Below, piece by piece: positions 1-9,273 of a DNA stretch of 64,000 nucleotides. Numbering within the stretch: position 1 is the stretch's first letter; every line of letters starts with the position of its first letter. The position numbers and the translations under genes are program-made. Below the pieces are notes generated by a model that searched no databases, was not told where the DNA came from, and saw only the letters and a program-made list of their open reading frames with translations. Source of the DNA: Anaerolineae bacterium (GTDB lineage: Bacteria; Chloroflexota; Anaerolineae; Anaerolineales; E44-bin32); assembly GCA_011192015.1 (NCBI GenBank), contig DUET01000078.1, positions 14,854-78,853 of the forward strand, written 5' to 3'.

Positions 1-3000
1 CGAGCGCCGTTTCTCCGGCTTCTCTCCAAACCCTTCCGTCTTCAGGATTGGCTTCGAGCACCTTGGCGAAGGCGGATGCTGCGGTTGAAGTCTGACCCAA
101 ATCCCGCAAAGTCCGGGCGAAGCCAAGGGCGTAGGCGCCATCGCCCGGCCGCAATTCGGCTGCCTGCTGGACATGCGGCAAGGCGGCGTCGAGATCGGCT
201 TGCTCCGCATACATGTCCGCAAGCGTGAAATGCCAAGCGGCTTCTTCGGGCCAGGCTGCGATGGCGACATTCAAATGCTCGATGGCTCCGTTTTGATTCC
301 CCAGTGCTCGCATCGATTGCGCCATCAAGAACCGTACGAGCGGCTTCAGAACAACGTTTCTCGATGCGCCTTCGAAAACCTGGAGCGCGTGGTCATGGCG
401 TCCCATTTGAGCCAGCGCATGTCCGGACAGCAGAGCGGCCCATCCTGTTTGAGAATCCATGCCGATGTGAGCCTGCAATACTTCAAGAGCCTGCTCGGGA
501 CGACTGGCGCGCATGTAGGCGATGGCCAGGCCCTCTGCAGTTTCAGGATCAGCGTTCAGGCTCAGATGCGATTCGAGCGCAGCCAGGCTCTCCGCTCGCA
601 CCCCGGTTGAAGCGACTTTCACTCGCAAGCGAAGCAGCTCTAGATCCGATGCCGCTTCTTCAACATCCTGGACCTCGCTTAACAAAGTTTCAAGATCTTC
701 GAGCGTCGAGGACGCAAGGCACGCTTCTCCGGGAGCATGCGCTTGCGCTTCGCAGGCAACGGCGTACAACCAGTACGCATCCAAAACGCGCAGGCATGTG
801 CGGGTGTACATGAGAAATGCTTGCGTTTCCCCGCTTTCCTTGAGCCATTCCTGTGTGGCCTTCAACGCCTCATCCCAGTGTCCAAGACGAAGGGCGGCCT
901 GAGCGAGTGCACCGACGTCCTGGGTGGACTTGGGCGTCAAACTGCCTGCATCGATCAGGGCCTCTTCGGAGGCTTGGATGTCGCCCGTATGCAGCGCAGC
1001 GACGGCGCGCAGGGCATGCACAGAAGGAGGTGCTTCGCTTTGAACGCAGGCCTGCTTCAAGGTCTCGTGAGCTTCATCGGATCGATTGAGATCCAGGAGG
1101 CATTTGGCATATGCCTCCACGGTATCCAGGCGCTCGGGTTCTAGATTTACGGCTTGCTGCAGCGTCTCAATTGCCTCCTCATGCCTTCCAGCGTGATGCG
1201 CTGCTGTTCCGGCTTCGAGGGCCAGTTGCACATCGTTGGGCTTTATTTGCCGGGCCAAAGCAAGATGGTTCAAACCCCGCTCGCTTTCTCCACTCACGGT
1301 CAACGCCCGGCCAAGGGCGGCGTGGATTTCTGCGTTGCCCGGATCGAGCTCCAATGCACGCTGCCAGAAATCGATGGCTTCCTTGGATCGTTTCCGATTC
1401 CAGAGAATGCATCCGGCGCGCTGCAGAGGATCGCTGCTCTCAGGTTCAAGTTCGGTAATGCGCATCCACGAATGTTGGGCGGTTTGCCAATCTTCATTTT
1501 GTTCGGCCAACACAGCGAGCTTCCGCAGCAGCGAGGCGTCGTTGGGCTGTGCTGCCACGGCATGCTGGAGCATCCGCTTTGCCGGGCGCATGGCTCCGAG
1601 ATCGAGAAGCATGGCCGCGGATTGCTGAAGCACACGAGCGTCTCTGCGCGCCAGGCCCACGGCGCGCGCGATCGAATTTCGAGCCTGTGATTCTTGTCCA
1701 GCCTGGACTGCCATGCGGGCCAATTCAAGCCACGCCTCGACATCGTCGGGTTTCTTGTGTGTCAGATCCCGACCGGCTTGCAGAGCGAGATCCCATGCTT
1801 CCGTCGCTTCTGCCGCGCGAGCCAGCTGGCGAAGGTTGGTCTCCGAATCGGGATCGATTTCCAACGCCTTGCGGGCCAAATCCAGGCTCTTGTTTGCATC
1901 CCCGGCACTCAGGAAGGCCTTTGAGAGCTCGGTCTGCAGCTCGAGAGAATTAGGATAGTGATCGATGGCGGTTTCCAGCGTCGTGATCGCCTGCTCCGTG
2001 TCGCCCTCGAGGATCTGTGATCGCGCCAGACCGATCGTAGCCCGGCGGTGAAGATCGGATCCCTGGGAGGCGTGATCCAGGCAGGCCTGGAAGGTTTGGA
2101 TGGCTTCTGAAGTATGTCGAGACAATAGGTGGGCCATCGCCAACCAATACCTAAGGTTTGGATCCTCGCTTCCCCCTACACTGGCGCGTTCGAGATGGGC
2201 AAGACCGGTTTCGAGGGCAGTGATGTCACCATCCTGTACGGCTTGGATGGCGATGCGTCCCACGATCAAGTAGGTGTGTGCATCCTGATCTTCAGGGATG
2301 TGTCCCAGAATGGACCATGCCCTGCGAATCTCCCCACGTCGTTCATAAGCCTCGGCCAATTTTCGACGGATCAGCCAGTGTGCGGGTTGCTGCTGATAGG
2401 AATCCTGAAGCAACTGCAGGGCTTCCTGCCCGCGCTCCAAGGCGGCGAGCAATTCGACGCGACGGATCAACCAATCTGCTCGATCCGTTTCCAACCGCGT
2501 GCCTTCTTCCGCCGCCTCAAGCGCTTCGCTCAATCGACCGTTGGATTGCAGCCACCGGGAAAATGCCATGTGGAGGGAGCCGCATTCCGGTGCAGCTTGA
2601 ACGCCATTTTCCAGGGTCGTGCCCACCTTCAACTCATCGTTTACCTGCGCATGGGAATCCGCCAGCGCCAACCAGGCTTCAGCAAGGCGCGAATCCTTCT
2701 GGAGCGCTTCTTCGAGCTGGGTTTGTGCGCTTGCAACATCACCCCCGGCCAGCAACGCTTTGGCATACAGCACCTTCGTGGGCGCATCCTCTGGTTGAGC
2801 ACGCAGGGCAGTTTGAGCCGATTGTTTTGCGAGATCGATCTCCCCGGCTTCGAGAGCACTGGAGATCAGATCCGTCAGGTGGGCGGAGTCCGCTTGGGAA
2901 AGCGTCTGCCAATGAGCCAGCGCGGCTGTGGATTGACCGGATTCCTGAAGGCGGATCGCAAGGGAGCGGCGGGCGTCTTTCGAGTTAGGCGCCAGGGCAA

Positions 3001-4291
3001 GCGTCAGGTGAGCCTCCTGCGCGGAGGCAGTAAGATCACCTGCATCCGCAAGGAGTTGGGTGAGGGCGATGCGTGCTTGCAGATCGCAAGGCGCTGCTGC
3101 GAGGCGGTTGCGGGCGATGGTCAATGCTTGACCCATCTCTCCGATGGCTTTCAATCCGTCTGCGAGCCATGCCAACCATCGTCCATCGTGCTGCTCCATG
3201 CAAGCCGAGGCTTGGGCTGCGCTGTTCAAGAACTGAGCTGCCTGTGCACGGTATCCCAATTTGAGTCGGATGAGACCGGCGGCGATCGATTCCTCCGAGC
3301 ACTCCAGATCCTCAGGAAGTGTGTTCAGCGCCTCTTTCGTACGGCCCATTTCGAGCAGGGCCATGGCGAGCCATGCCCGGCGGCGAGGGGTGGGTTCAGC
3401 ACGCAGCGCCTTCCGTCGTGCTTCAACCTCGAGCACGGGATTGTGTTCCGCTCGCGCCAGTTCGGCGAGCTGCTCGGCTACAACGCTCGTGGATTTGACA
3501 GCGGTGGACCAAGCTCGTTCGAGGAAGTCATGAGCTGATTGGATCTCGTCTTCGGCTTGCTTGCAGGCTGCCTGGGAGAGAAGATGATCGAGGCGATCCC
3601 TACGAGCGTTCTTACTCGGGGAAGCCGGAGATGGAGTGCATAAAGCAGCCAATGCGGACGCCAGGCCGGATTCGCCGATTTCCTGCAGCATGAGGAAAGT
3701 TCGGGCGGAGGGTTGCGGCTGAGCTGTCAACCAGAACTTGGCGGCTTCTTCGAGAGAGAGGTTGGCAAGCAGGCTGTTGGCTGCCAGCATGATCCCTTGG
3801 GGCTGCTCGGCGCTGATCAAGCCCGACAACGTTTGCGTGCTGGCGGGTAGGACCATCCAGGCGCAAGCCATGGGCGAGCGCCAAGTGCGCGGCGCTGCAA
3901 GAACAAAGGATGCCAACCGTTCAGGCCCTTGCTGTTCGCTGGCCTTGTTGACAAGCGCCATGGCGAGCAACTGCACTTCCCCCAGATCGGGATCCGGAGG
4001 CACGGCATGCAGCGCTCGATGCCATACGCTTTCCTGCCTGGCAATCAACTCATCCGAGAGCGGTCCCATGACCGTGGTTTCCGGTTCTAAACGGTCGAGG
4101 GCAAGGAGCCCCAACTGAGCGGGTGAAAAAGGTGCTGGGAGTTGGGACTCACGCACGCGATTCAGAAATGCTTGATCGTGCAGACGCTGCCATGCCTCTG
4201 GCACTCTCAGGTTGCGTTCCAGGACGCGTGCGATCTCTCCAGGAGAGAGCCAATTGCTCAGTGCAGCGAGGACCTGTGCGTCGTTGAGCAT
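1..4291 (-). CDS. Large TPR-repeat protein (>1,430 aa; C-terminus lies beyond the left window edge)
   Basis: Absent from the ORF track because it has no stop codon inside the window. The minus-strand frame is open from ATG 4291-4289 (GAGG 7 nt upstream) down to position 1. The frame is consistent at both ends (lowest codon base = 2 mod 3). Hand translation starts MLNDAQVLAALSNWLSPGEIARVLE. Near the left edge it reads AWHFTLADMYAEQADLDAALPHVQQAAELRPGDGAYALGFARTLRDLGQ, which is repeated 34-residue TPR-type helix pairs. The + strand ORFs at 173-4118 are antisense shadows. Confidence 0.8.
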   Translation of the reverse strand, partial: MLNDAQVLAALSNWLSPGEIARVLERNLRVPEAWQRLHDQAFLNRVRESQLPAPFSPAQLGLLALDRLEPETTVMGPLSDELIARQESVWHRALHAVPPDPDLGEVQLLAMALVNKASEQQGPERLASFVLAAPRTWRSPMACAWMVLPASTQTLSGLISAEQPQGIMLAANSLLANLSLEEAAKFWLTAQPQPSARTFLMLQEIGESGLASALAALCTPSPASPSKNARRDRLDHLLSQAACKQAEDEIQSAHDFLERAWSTAVKSTSVVAEQLAELARAEHNPVLEVEARRKALRAEPTPRRRAWLAMALLEMGRTKEALNTLPEDLECSEESIAAGLIRLKLGYRAQAAQFLNSAAQASACMEQHDGRWLAWLADGLKAIGEMGQALTIARNRLAAAPCDLQARIALTQLLADAGDLTASAQEAHLTLALAPNSKDARRSLAIRLQESGQSTAALAHWQTLSQADSAHLTDLISSALEAGEIDLAKQSAQTALRAQPEDAPTKVLYAKALLAGGDVASAQTQLEEALQKDSRLAEAWLALADSHAQVNDELKVGTTLENGVQAAPECGSLHMAFSRWLQSNGRLSEALEAAEEGTRLETDRADWLIRRVELLAALERGQEALQLLQDSYQQQPAHWLIRRKLAEAYERRGEIRRAWSILGHIPEDQDAHTYLIVGRIAIQAVQDGDITALETGLAHLERASVGGSEDPNLRYWLAMAHLLSRHTSEAIQTFQACLDHASQGSDLHRRATIGLARSQILEGDTEQAITTLETAIDHYPNSLELQTELSKAFLSAGDANKSLDLARKALEIDPDSETNLRQLARAAEATEAWDLALQAGRDLTHKKPDDVEAWLELARMAVQAGQESQARNSIARAVGLARRDARVLQQSAAMLLDLGAMRPAKRMLQHAVAAQPNDASLLRKLAVLAEQNEDWQTAQHSWMRITELEPESSDPLQRAGCILWNRKRSKEAIDFWQRALELDPGNAEIHAALGRALTVSGESERGLNHLALARQIKPNDVQLALEAGTAAHHAGRHEEAIETLQQAVNLEPERLDTVEAYAKCLLDLNRSDEAHETLKQACVQSEAPPSVHALRAVAALHTGDIQASEEALIDAGSLTPKSTQDVGALAQAALRLGHWDEALKATQEWLKESGETQAFLMYTRTCLRVLDAYWLYAVACEAQAHAPGEACLASSTLEDLETLLSEVQDVEEAASDLELLRLRVKVASTGVRAESLAALESHLSLNADPETAEGLAIAYMRASRPEQALEVLQAHIGMDSQTGWAALLSGHALAQMGRHDHALQVFEGASRNVVLKPLVRFLMAQSMRALGNQNGAIEHLNVAIAAWPEEAAWHFTLADMYAEQADLDAALPHVQQAAELRPGDGAYALGFARTLRDLGQTSTAASAFAKVLEANPEDGRVWREAGETAL

Positions 4292-4307
4292 GGAGTAGCC
4301 TCGCGAT

Positions 4308-4643
4308 TTAGACGATGACCCATTCGATCTGTTGCAACACCCAATAGGAAGCGACAAGGAAGACCATGCCTAGAGACACCAGGAATACACCCACACCTGT
4401 CGCTGTTCGGACCAATTGGTTGATGGATGACACCAGGTCCGACGCGCTGTTGACCAGGCCGGTGAACTCATCAGCCATTCCCTTGCGTCCGAGTCGAGCG
4501 GAATGGGCCGCCAGCGTGCGGACCTCGCTTGAATATCCGCGGCTGATCAGCACGAAGGCTCCGAGGATGATGCAAATGCAACCCAGGATGAAGACGGAAG
4601 CTGCGATCAAGATCTGCATGTCGGTCAATGTAAGCGGAATCAT
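4308..4643 (-). CDS. Small two-TM membrane protein (111 aa), unknown function
   Basis: ATG at 4643 lies 5 nt after AGGAGG. There are two hydrophobic helices (ILIAASVFILGCICIILGAFVLI and GVGVFLVSLGMVFLVASYWVL) flanking a polar segment of about 45 aa. The stop codon is 16 nt before the TPR start. The track ORF (4308..4682) starts further upstream, inside the promoter. Confidence 0.6.
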   Translation of the reverse strand: MIPLTLTDMQILIAASVFILGCICIILGAFVLISRGYSSEVRTLAAHSARLGRKGMADEFTGLVNSASDLVSSINQLVRTATGVGVFLVSLGMVFLVASYWVLQQIEWVIV

Positions 4644-4648
4644 TTTTA

Positions 4649-4671
4649 CCTCCTGATTCTGAATCAGGAGG
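4649..4671 (-). promoter_or_regulatory. Perfect 10-bp hairpin whose 3' arm contains the Shine-Dalgarno of the 111-aa gene
   Basis: The minus strand reads CCTCCTGATT-CAG-AATCAGGAGG, then TAAAA, then ATG. There is no U-tract, so it is not a classical intrinsic terminator. Confidence 0.55.
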
Positions 4672-4677
4672 CATAGT

Positions 4678-4693
4678 TGCAAGGAGTGTGCCA
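4678..4693 (-). promoter_or_regulatory. Sigma-54 (-24/-12) promoter
   Basis: The minus strand reads TGGCACACTCCTTGCA, a perfect match to TGGCAC-N5-TTGCA with GG-N10-GC spacing. It begins 8 nt after the activator stop codon and sits 35 nt upstream of the 111-aa gene start. The predicted TSS is near 4667. Confidence 0.75.
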
Positions 4694-4701
4694 GAGGGGG
4701 T

Positions 4702-5877
4702 TTACTTGGTTTTCTGTCGGAACTCGGGAGCTAGGTGGCCGAGATCGATTTCGTCTTCGTCGCAGAAGAGCATGGCGCGCTCGATGACGTGACGCAATTC
4801 GCGGATGTTGCCGGGCCAATCATGAGCCTTGAGGGCATCGATCGCACGGGTTGTGATCCCGGTGACAGCATTGCCTGTGCGTTGATTGATCTGGCGGATG
4901 AATGTGCCCACGAGGGCGGGGATGTCGACGATGCGCTCGCGGAGCGGAGGTAGATGCAGATCGACGACCTTGAGCCGGTAATACAGATCTTCCCGGAATC
5001 GACCTTCGGAGATCATCGTGGGGATGTCTCTGTTGGAGGCCGCCAGGATCTGTGTGTCGACTGTGATCTCGTTCACACCGCCTACGCGCCGGAAGCGTTG
5101 TTCATCCAGGACTCGCAGCAGCTTGGCTTGCATGTCCGGTTTGGTGGAGGAAATCTCGTCCAGGAAGAGGATCCCACCGTCGGCGACCTCGATGAGCCCC
5201 GGTTTTCGCTTCGTGGCGCCAGTGAACGCACCAGCCTCGTGGCCGAAGAGTTCCGACTCGATCATGGTTTCAGGAAGGGCGGGGCAGTTGATGGGGACCC
5301 AAGGTTTTTCGGCGCGGGGGCCCATTTCTCGGATGGCCTGCACGAGGACTTCCTTGCCGGTTCCGGTTTCCCCGGTGACCAGCACCGAGGCTTCTGCGGC
5401 TGCGGCGCGTTCGGCTTCGTTGACAACGCGCTTCATGACCTCGGTTTCTCCGACGACCATTTCCACACTCGAGCCCGTGGCGCGCCGCAGCATATCGAGC
5501 TCACGCCGCAGCGCAACGATCTCTCCCGATCGGGCGATCGCATCCAGGAGCTGTTCGAGGTCGAGCGGTTTCTGCAGGAAATCCTGGGCGCCCTTCTTCA
5601 TGGCTTCGACGGCGATGTCCACATCGCCATGAGCTGTGATCAGGATCACGGGAGGGCGAGGATTTTCAAGCGCCAGGCGGTCTAGAAGGGTCAAACCCGA
5701 CCCATCCGGGAGCTGGACATCAAGCAGGATGATGTCGGCAGCCCCGGAATCGACGACCTTATGCGCGCTGGCCAAATCGCCGGCTTCGAGGGCTTCGTAA
5801 TCCGCATCCTTCAAGGCTTCGCAGATGAAATCGCGTGCCGAGTCTTCGTCGTCGACGACAAGAATGGTTACGCTCAT
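4702..5877 (-). CDS. Sigma-54-dependent response regulator (REC + AAA+), lacking a C-terminal DNA-binding domain
   Basis: Receiver domain: VVDDEDSARD...ILLDVQLPDGSG. Walker A: GETGTGKE. Sigma-54 contact loop: GAFTGA. Sensor II: WPGNIRELRHVIERA. The protein ends about 20 aa later (391 aa total), leaving no room for a Fis-type HTH. Confidence 0.9.
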   Translation of the reverse strand: MSVTILVVDDEDSARDFICEALKDADYEALEAGDLASAHKVVDSGAADIILLDVQLPDGSGLTLLDRLALENPRPPVILITAHGDVDIAVEAMKKGAQDFLQKPLDLEQLLDAIARSGEIVALRRELDMLRRATGSSVEMVVGETEVMKRVVNEAERAAAAEASVLVTGETGTGKEVLVQAIREMGPRAEKPWVPINCPALPETMIESELFGHEAGAFTGATKRKPGLIEVADGGILFLDEISSTKPDMQAKLLRVLDEQRFRRVGGVNEITVDTQILAASNRDIPTMISEGRFREDLYYRLKVVDLHLPPLRERIVDIPALVGTFIRQINQRTGNAVTGITTRAIDALKAHDWPGNIRELRHVIERAMLFCDEDEIDLGHLAPEFRQKTK

Positions 5878-5880
5878 GAT

Positions 5881-7854
5881 CTAGCCTTTCTTCTCTACTC
5901 CAACGGCCGGAACGCGAATGGTAAAGATCGTTCCAGTACCGGGATAACTCTCGACATCGATCGATCCCTTATGCGCCGTGAGGATACGCCGGGTGATGGC
6001 AAGTCCCAGTCCGGTTCCCTCCTTCTTCGTGGTGAAGAACGGATCGAAGATGCGTCCGAGGATGTCGGGGGGAATGCCGGGACCGGTGTCAGCAATCTTC
6101 AATTCGACCAACGAATCCTGGGAGGTGGTGAGTGGGGCGAGGGAGAAGGTCAGGGAACCTCCCTTCGGCATGGCTTGGAGGGCATTGCTGATCAAGTTGA
6201 CGATCACCTGTTCGAACGTACGTGGATCGACAGCGGTCATCGGCAGGTTCTCGGCAAAGGACATGTGGCACTGAACCTTGGCCAACTCCATGCGCGGCTT
6301 CCAGCGTGCGATCAAACGCTGCAGCAGCCCACTCAGGCGCAGCGGTTCCATCTTGAGCTCGAGAGGGCGTGCGAAGAAGAGCACATCGCTGAGAAGCTGG
6401 TCGAGACGCGTGCATTCCTTGCGCAGGCGATCGAGCGAGGCGTAATGCTCGCTGTCCTTGCCCAGGCGTGAGGCCACAAGCTGAACGCCCATGCTGATGT
6501 TGTTGATCGGATTGCGCACCTCGTGGGCAAAGATGGCCGTGACCTCACCAAGCAGGGCGCGTTGCGTCAAGGTCTCCTGCTGTTCTACCAGAGCCTGGCG
6601 CTCGGATTGGTCGACGAGCGTGACCAGCAGGTGGTTGCCAGCCGGAGCGCTTGTGGGGACGGCGCGGAGTTGAACCGGGAACGGCCTGCCGTTGCGACGA
6701 TGAATGGTGATCAATTGACGTTCAGCCGCTCGCTTGTGCCCCACGGCGTCCAGCAGTGTCGCCAGCGCGTCTTCGGGACCCACAAGAACATCCTTCACAG
6801 GCAGCCCCGTCAACTCATCCATGCGGTAACCCAGCATATCTGCGGCTGCCGGATTGGCGCGAACCACGCACATGCTCTCGTCCAGCACAAGCAGGGCTTC
6901 GGTCAAGGCCGAAGATTGATCCGTGAGCTCGTTCCTGATCCGCTCGATGTTGGATCGTAAATTCTCAATGGACTGGCGCTGGAGGTTGAGCTGCATGGTG
7001 GCGTGGCAGAGATTGGCGAGGATGTTCATCAGCGCTTCGGCTTCCCGCGGAGCCTGTTCCTTCGTTTTCCAGCATGCAACCAGGATGCCGACCCAGGCCC
7101 GGGGCTCTCCCAGGGAAGCTGTACGCAGGAGTTCCATCTTGGCCACCCTGGCCGCCCTCTGCAGGACTCGGTCGGGTCGGTTGCCGAGTGACCACGAACT
7201 GGAAGGGCCCATGGGTGCTAATTCGGAAGCTGGAAGCGTGCGGGGGAATTCGGGGGGAAGCTCTCCTTCGAGTTGATAATCCGGGGAAGTTGGCGAGACG
7301 CGATAGAGCGCAACGTGTGTGGCGCCGAGCATCTCAGCCGCTTGAGACAGAGTCCGGTCGAGATCGGTGATGGTTCCTTCTTCGAGCATGTTGGAGAGCT
7401 TGGCCAAAGCCTGCAGGCGGATGCGTTCGGCATGAAGCCGGGTTTCCTCCAGGCGTCTTTGCGACAGGGGACGGATGGTGAGAAGCAAGGCGCGGCCGGT
7501 GGTCACCGGTTGTGCAAGCAGATCCACGGCTATCAGGTTGCCTTCGTAACCCTTGAGGAGAATGTCCTTCAAATGGCAATCCTGGTTCTGCCAGGTCTCG
7601 CGCAGGCGCTGGAGTGCCTGCTCACCTTTTTCGTCTGGAAAGAGGGCGGAAGGAAGGAGGTTTTGGAGATCTGCACGAGCGTACCCGGTGAGCAAAAGGA
7701 AGGCGTGGTTGCAGGTGAGAATGCGCTTTCCGTCGGCGTCCAGAACGAGAAGCGCCTGATCGAGCGAATCGGCCAGAACGCGAAATGCCTCGCGTAGTGG
7801 ATCGGGCTTCAGCAGCCTGGTGATCAAGTTGTCGCTGGACCGGTTGCTAGGCAA
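5881..7854 (-). CDS. Soluble multi-PAS/GAF sensor histidine kinase
   Basis: H-box FAHEVRNPINNI, N-box LISNALQAM, G-boxes DTGPGIP and GTGLGLAI. The N-terminal ~430 aa have no TM segments and include PAS-like repeats. There is a 3-nt gap to both neighbours. Confidence 0.9.
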   Translation of the reverse strand: MPSNRSSDNLITRLLKPDPLREAFRVLADSLDQALLVLDADGKRILTCNHAFLLLTGYARADLQNLLPSALFPDEKGEQALQRLRETWQNQDCHLKDILLKGYEGNLIAVDLLAQPVTTGRALLLTIRPLSQRRLEETRLHAERIRLQALAKLSNMLEEGTITDLDRTLSQAAEMLGATHVALYRVSPTSPDYQLEGELPPEFPRTLPASELAPMGPSSSWSLGNRPDRVLQRAARVAKMELLRTASLGEPRAWVGILVACWKTKEQAPREAEALMNILANLCHATMQLNLQRQSIENLRSNIERIRNELTDQSSALTEALLVLDESMCVVRANPAAADMLGYRMDELTGLPVKDVLVGPEDALATLLDAVGHKRAAERQLITIHRRNGRPFPVQLRAVPTSAPAGNHLLVTLVDQSERQALVEQQETLTQRALLGEVTAIFAHEVRNPINNISMGVQLVASRLGKDSEHYASLDRLRKECTRLDQLLSDVLFFARPLELKMEPLRLSGLLQRLIARWKPRMELAKVQCHMSFAENLPMTAVDPRTFEQVIVNLISNALQAMPKGGSLTFSLAPLTTSQDSLVELKIADTGPGIPPDILGRIFDPFFTTKKEGTGLGLAITRRILTAHKGSIDVESYPGTGTIFTIRVPAVGVEKKG

Positions 7855-7857
7855 CGC

Positions 7858-9273
7858 TCATACCTTGCTCATGGATTTGGATCGTTGCTTGTGGCGAAGA
7901 CGGGCCGGCAGGATGCCCTCCATGGCACGATACTTGGCCACAGTTCGTCTCGCCACTTGGATCCCTTCGTCGTTGAGTATCTCGACGATCTGGTCGTCGG
8001 TGAGCGGTTTCTGCTCCAAGGCGATGATTTCACGAATGGTGTCGCGAATGGGAAGACTGCGATCGAAGAATCTTGACAGCGGAATGATGCGCCCGTCAGG
8101 AAGGGCCACGGATTTATGGGCGACGGCTCGTGAGACTGTAGACTCATGCACATCAAGCCGTTCCGCAAGGTTGGCGCGGGTCATGGGGTGCAGGTGCCGG
8201 GGTCCGTGCAGAATGAAATCTCTCTGTTCACTCACCAGGATCTTCATCATACGCCGCATGGTCTGGTTGCGCTGCTGCAGGCACTTCACGAACAGCGCAG
8301 CTCTCTCCAAATGCTGGGACCAATCCTCAGAAACGGATTCAGGCTTCTGTTTCACAGCCTGGCGGAAGAGGGGATTGACCCTCAACCAGCCGCGATGAGC
8401 CGAGAAGATCTCCACCTGCAGCGGGCCGTCTTCATCGGATGAACTGGGGGAAATCTGGATGTCGGGATTGTGGTAGACATTCGGATCGGCGCTTTGGCGT
8501 TGTTTCCCCGATCCCCAGTAGGCACGTGCGGGATAGGGATTCAAATTCTGTTGGATGAAATCTGCCGCCTGGCGCACACTGTGGGAGGAAGCCTCCAGGC
8601 GCTTGGCGATGACGTCGTACTCGCGGCGACCCAACTCGGAGAATGTCTGCTCAAGCATGCGGCGTGCCAGTTTTGCATTGGGGACCATGTCCTCGAGCAG
8701 ATCCAATTGTACGAGCAATGCCTGACGAGGACCTTCGGAAGCCAATCCTGGAGGATCAGCACGAGCGATCAAATCCAGCACGCGCGTCACTTGCGAGGGC
8801 ATGCTGCGTGTGGTGCGGGCGATCATCGCCGGATGATCGGTTAGGAAGCCGTCCTCATCCAGGCTGGAGAGCAAGTAGGCGGCGAGGGAGCGATCTTCAG
8901 GCAACAATTCGGCCGCCAATTGCTGCAGGACATAGGTGCTCAGATCCTCCGGCGCAGCGGGTTCCCGATCGGGAAGATCCTCCTCAAGGCGTGGGGTGCT
9001 TGAGAAGCGTATTGATTCGCGAGGAGAGAGGAAGACGACGGGTTCATCGTTGCCGTTGCGCAAACTGCAGACCGGGCAGGGTCCGGGTCGATCCAGGGGA
9101 CGACGGCAGCCTGGACAAACACGCCTGTCGATCAGCTCCAAGGCGGGATTGGAGGCAAGCTCCGTCTGGATGGTCTCCCGCAATTCCAGATTGGAGAGCG
9201 CCAACAGCGTCATGGTCTGGGCGAGGTGAGCCGTCGTAAGCGGTCTTTGAGATTGATCTTGGACTTGTAACAT
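7858..9273 (-). CDS. rpoN: RNA polymerase sigma-54 factor
   Basis: C-terminal RpoN box ARRTVAKYRAMEGI. Region I is Gln/Leu-rich (MLQVQDQSQRPLTTAHLAQTMTLL). The start is taken at ATG 9273 (GAGG 6 nt upstream); the track ORF extends to 9318. Confidence 0.9.
   Translation of the reverse strand: MLQVQDQSQRPLTTAHLAQTMTLLALSNLELRETIQTELASNPALELIDRRVCPGCRRPLDRPGPCPVCSLRNGNDEPVVFLSPRESIRFSSTPRLEEDLPDREPAAPEDLSTYVLQQLAAELLPEDRSLAAYLLSSLDEDGFLTDHPAMIARTTRSMPSQVTRVLDLIARADPPGLASEGPRQALLVQLDLLEDMVPNAKLARRMLEQTFSELGRREYDVIAKRLEASSHSVRQAADFIQQNLNPYPARAYWGSGKQRQSADPNVYHNPDIQISPSSSDEDGPLQVEIFSAHRGWLRVNPLFRQAVKQKPESVSEDWSQHLERAALFVKCLQQRNQTMRRMMKILVSEQRDFILHGPRHLHPMTRANLAERLDVHESTVSRAVAHKSVALPDGRIIPLSRFFDRSLPIRDTIREIIALEQKPLTDDQIVEILNDEGIQVARRTVAKYRAMEGILPARLRHKQRSKSMSKV

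Noticed and set aside
173-4118. Numerous ORFs on both strands (mostly + strand) in the track, including 2129..3538 (469 aa) and 2278..2988 (236 aa).
   Set aside because: They overlap, have low-complexity R/G/A/P/S-rich translations, and lie antisense to (or out of frame within) a continuous TPR-encoding minus-strand frame. They are typical shadow ORFs of a GC-rich gene.
4197-4215. + strand TGGCACTCTCAGGTTGCG, and other TGGCAC words (6263, 10807, 13316, 27105, 38089, 39606, 43586, 44507, 56141 minus).
   Set aside because: Wrong GG-to-GC spacing, or no GC at -12. Most are inside genes or on the wrong strand.
8654-8669. Third sigma-54-like match, TGGCACGCCGCATGCT (minus strand), inside rpoN.
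   Set aside because: The GG-N10-GC spacing is correct, but the -12 region is ATGCT and it lies in the middle of the rpoN coding sequence. One such match is expected by chance in 128 kb. It could be internal autoregulation, but there is no support for that.
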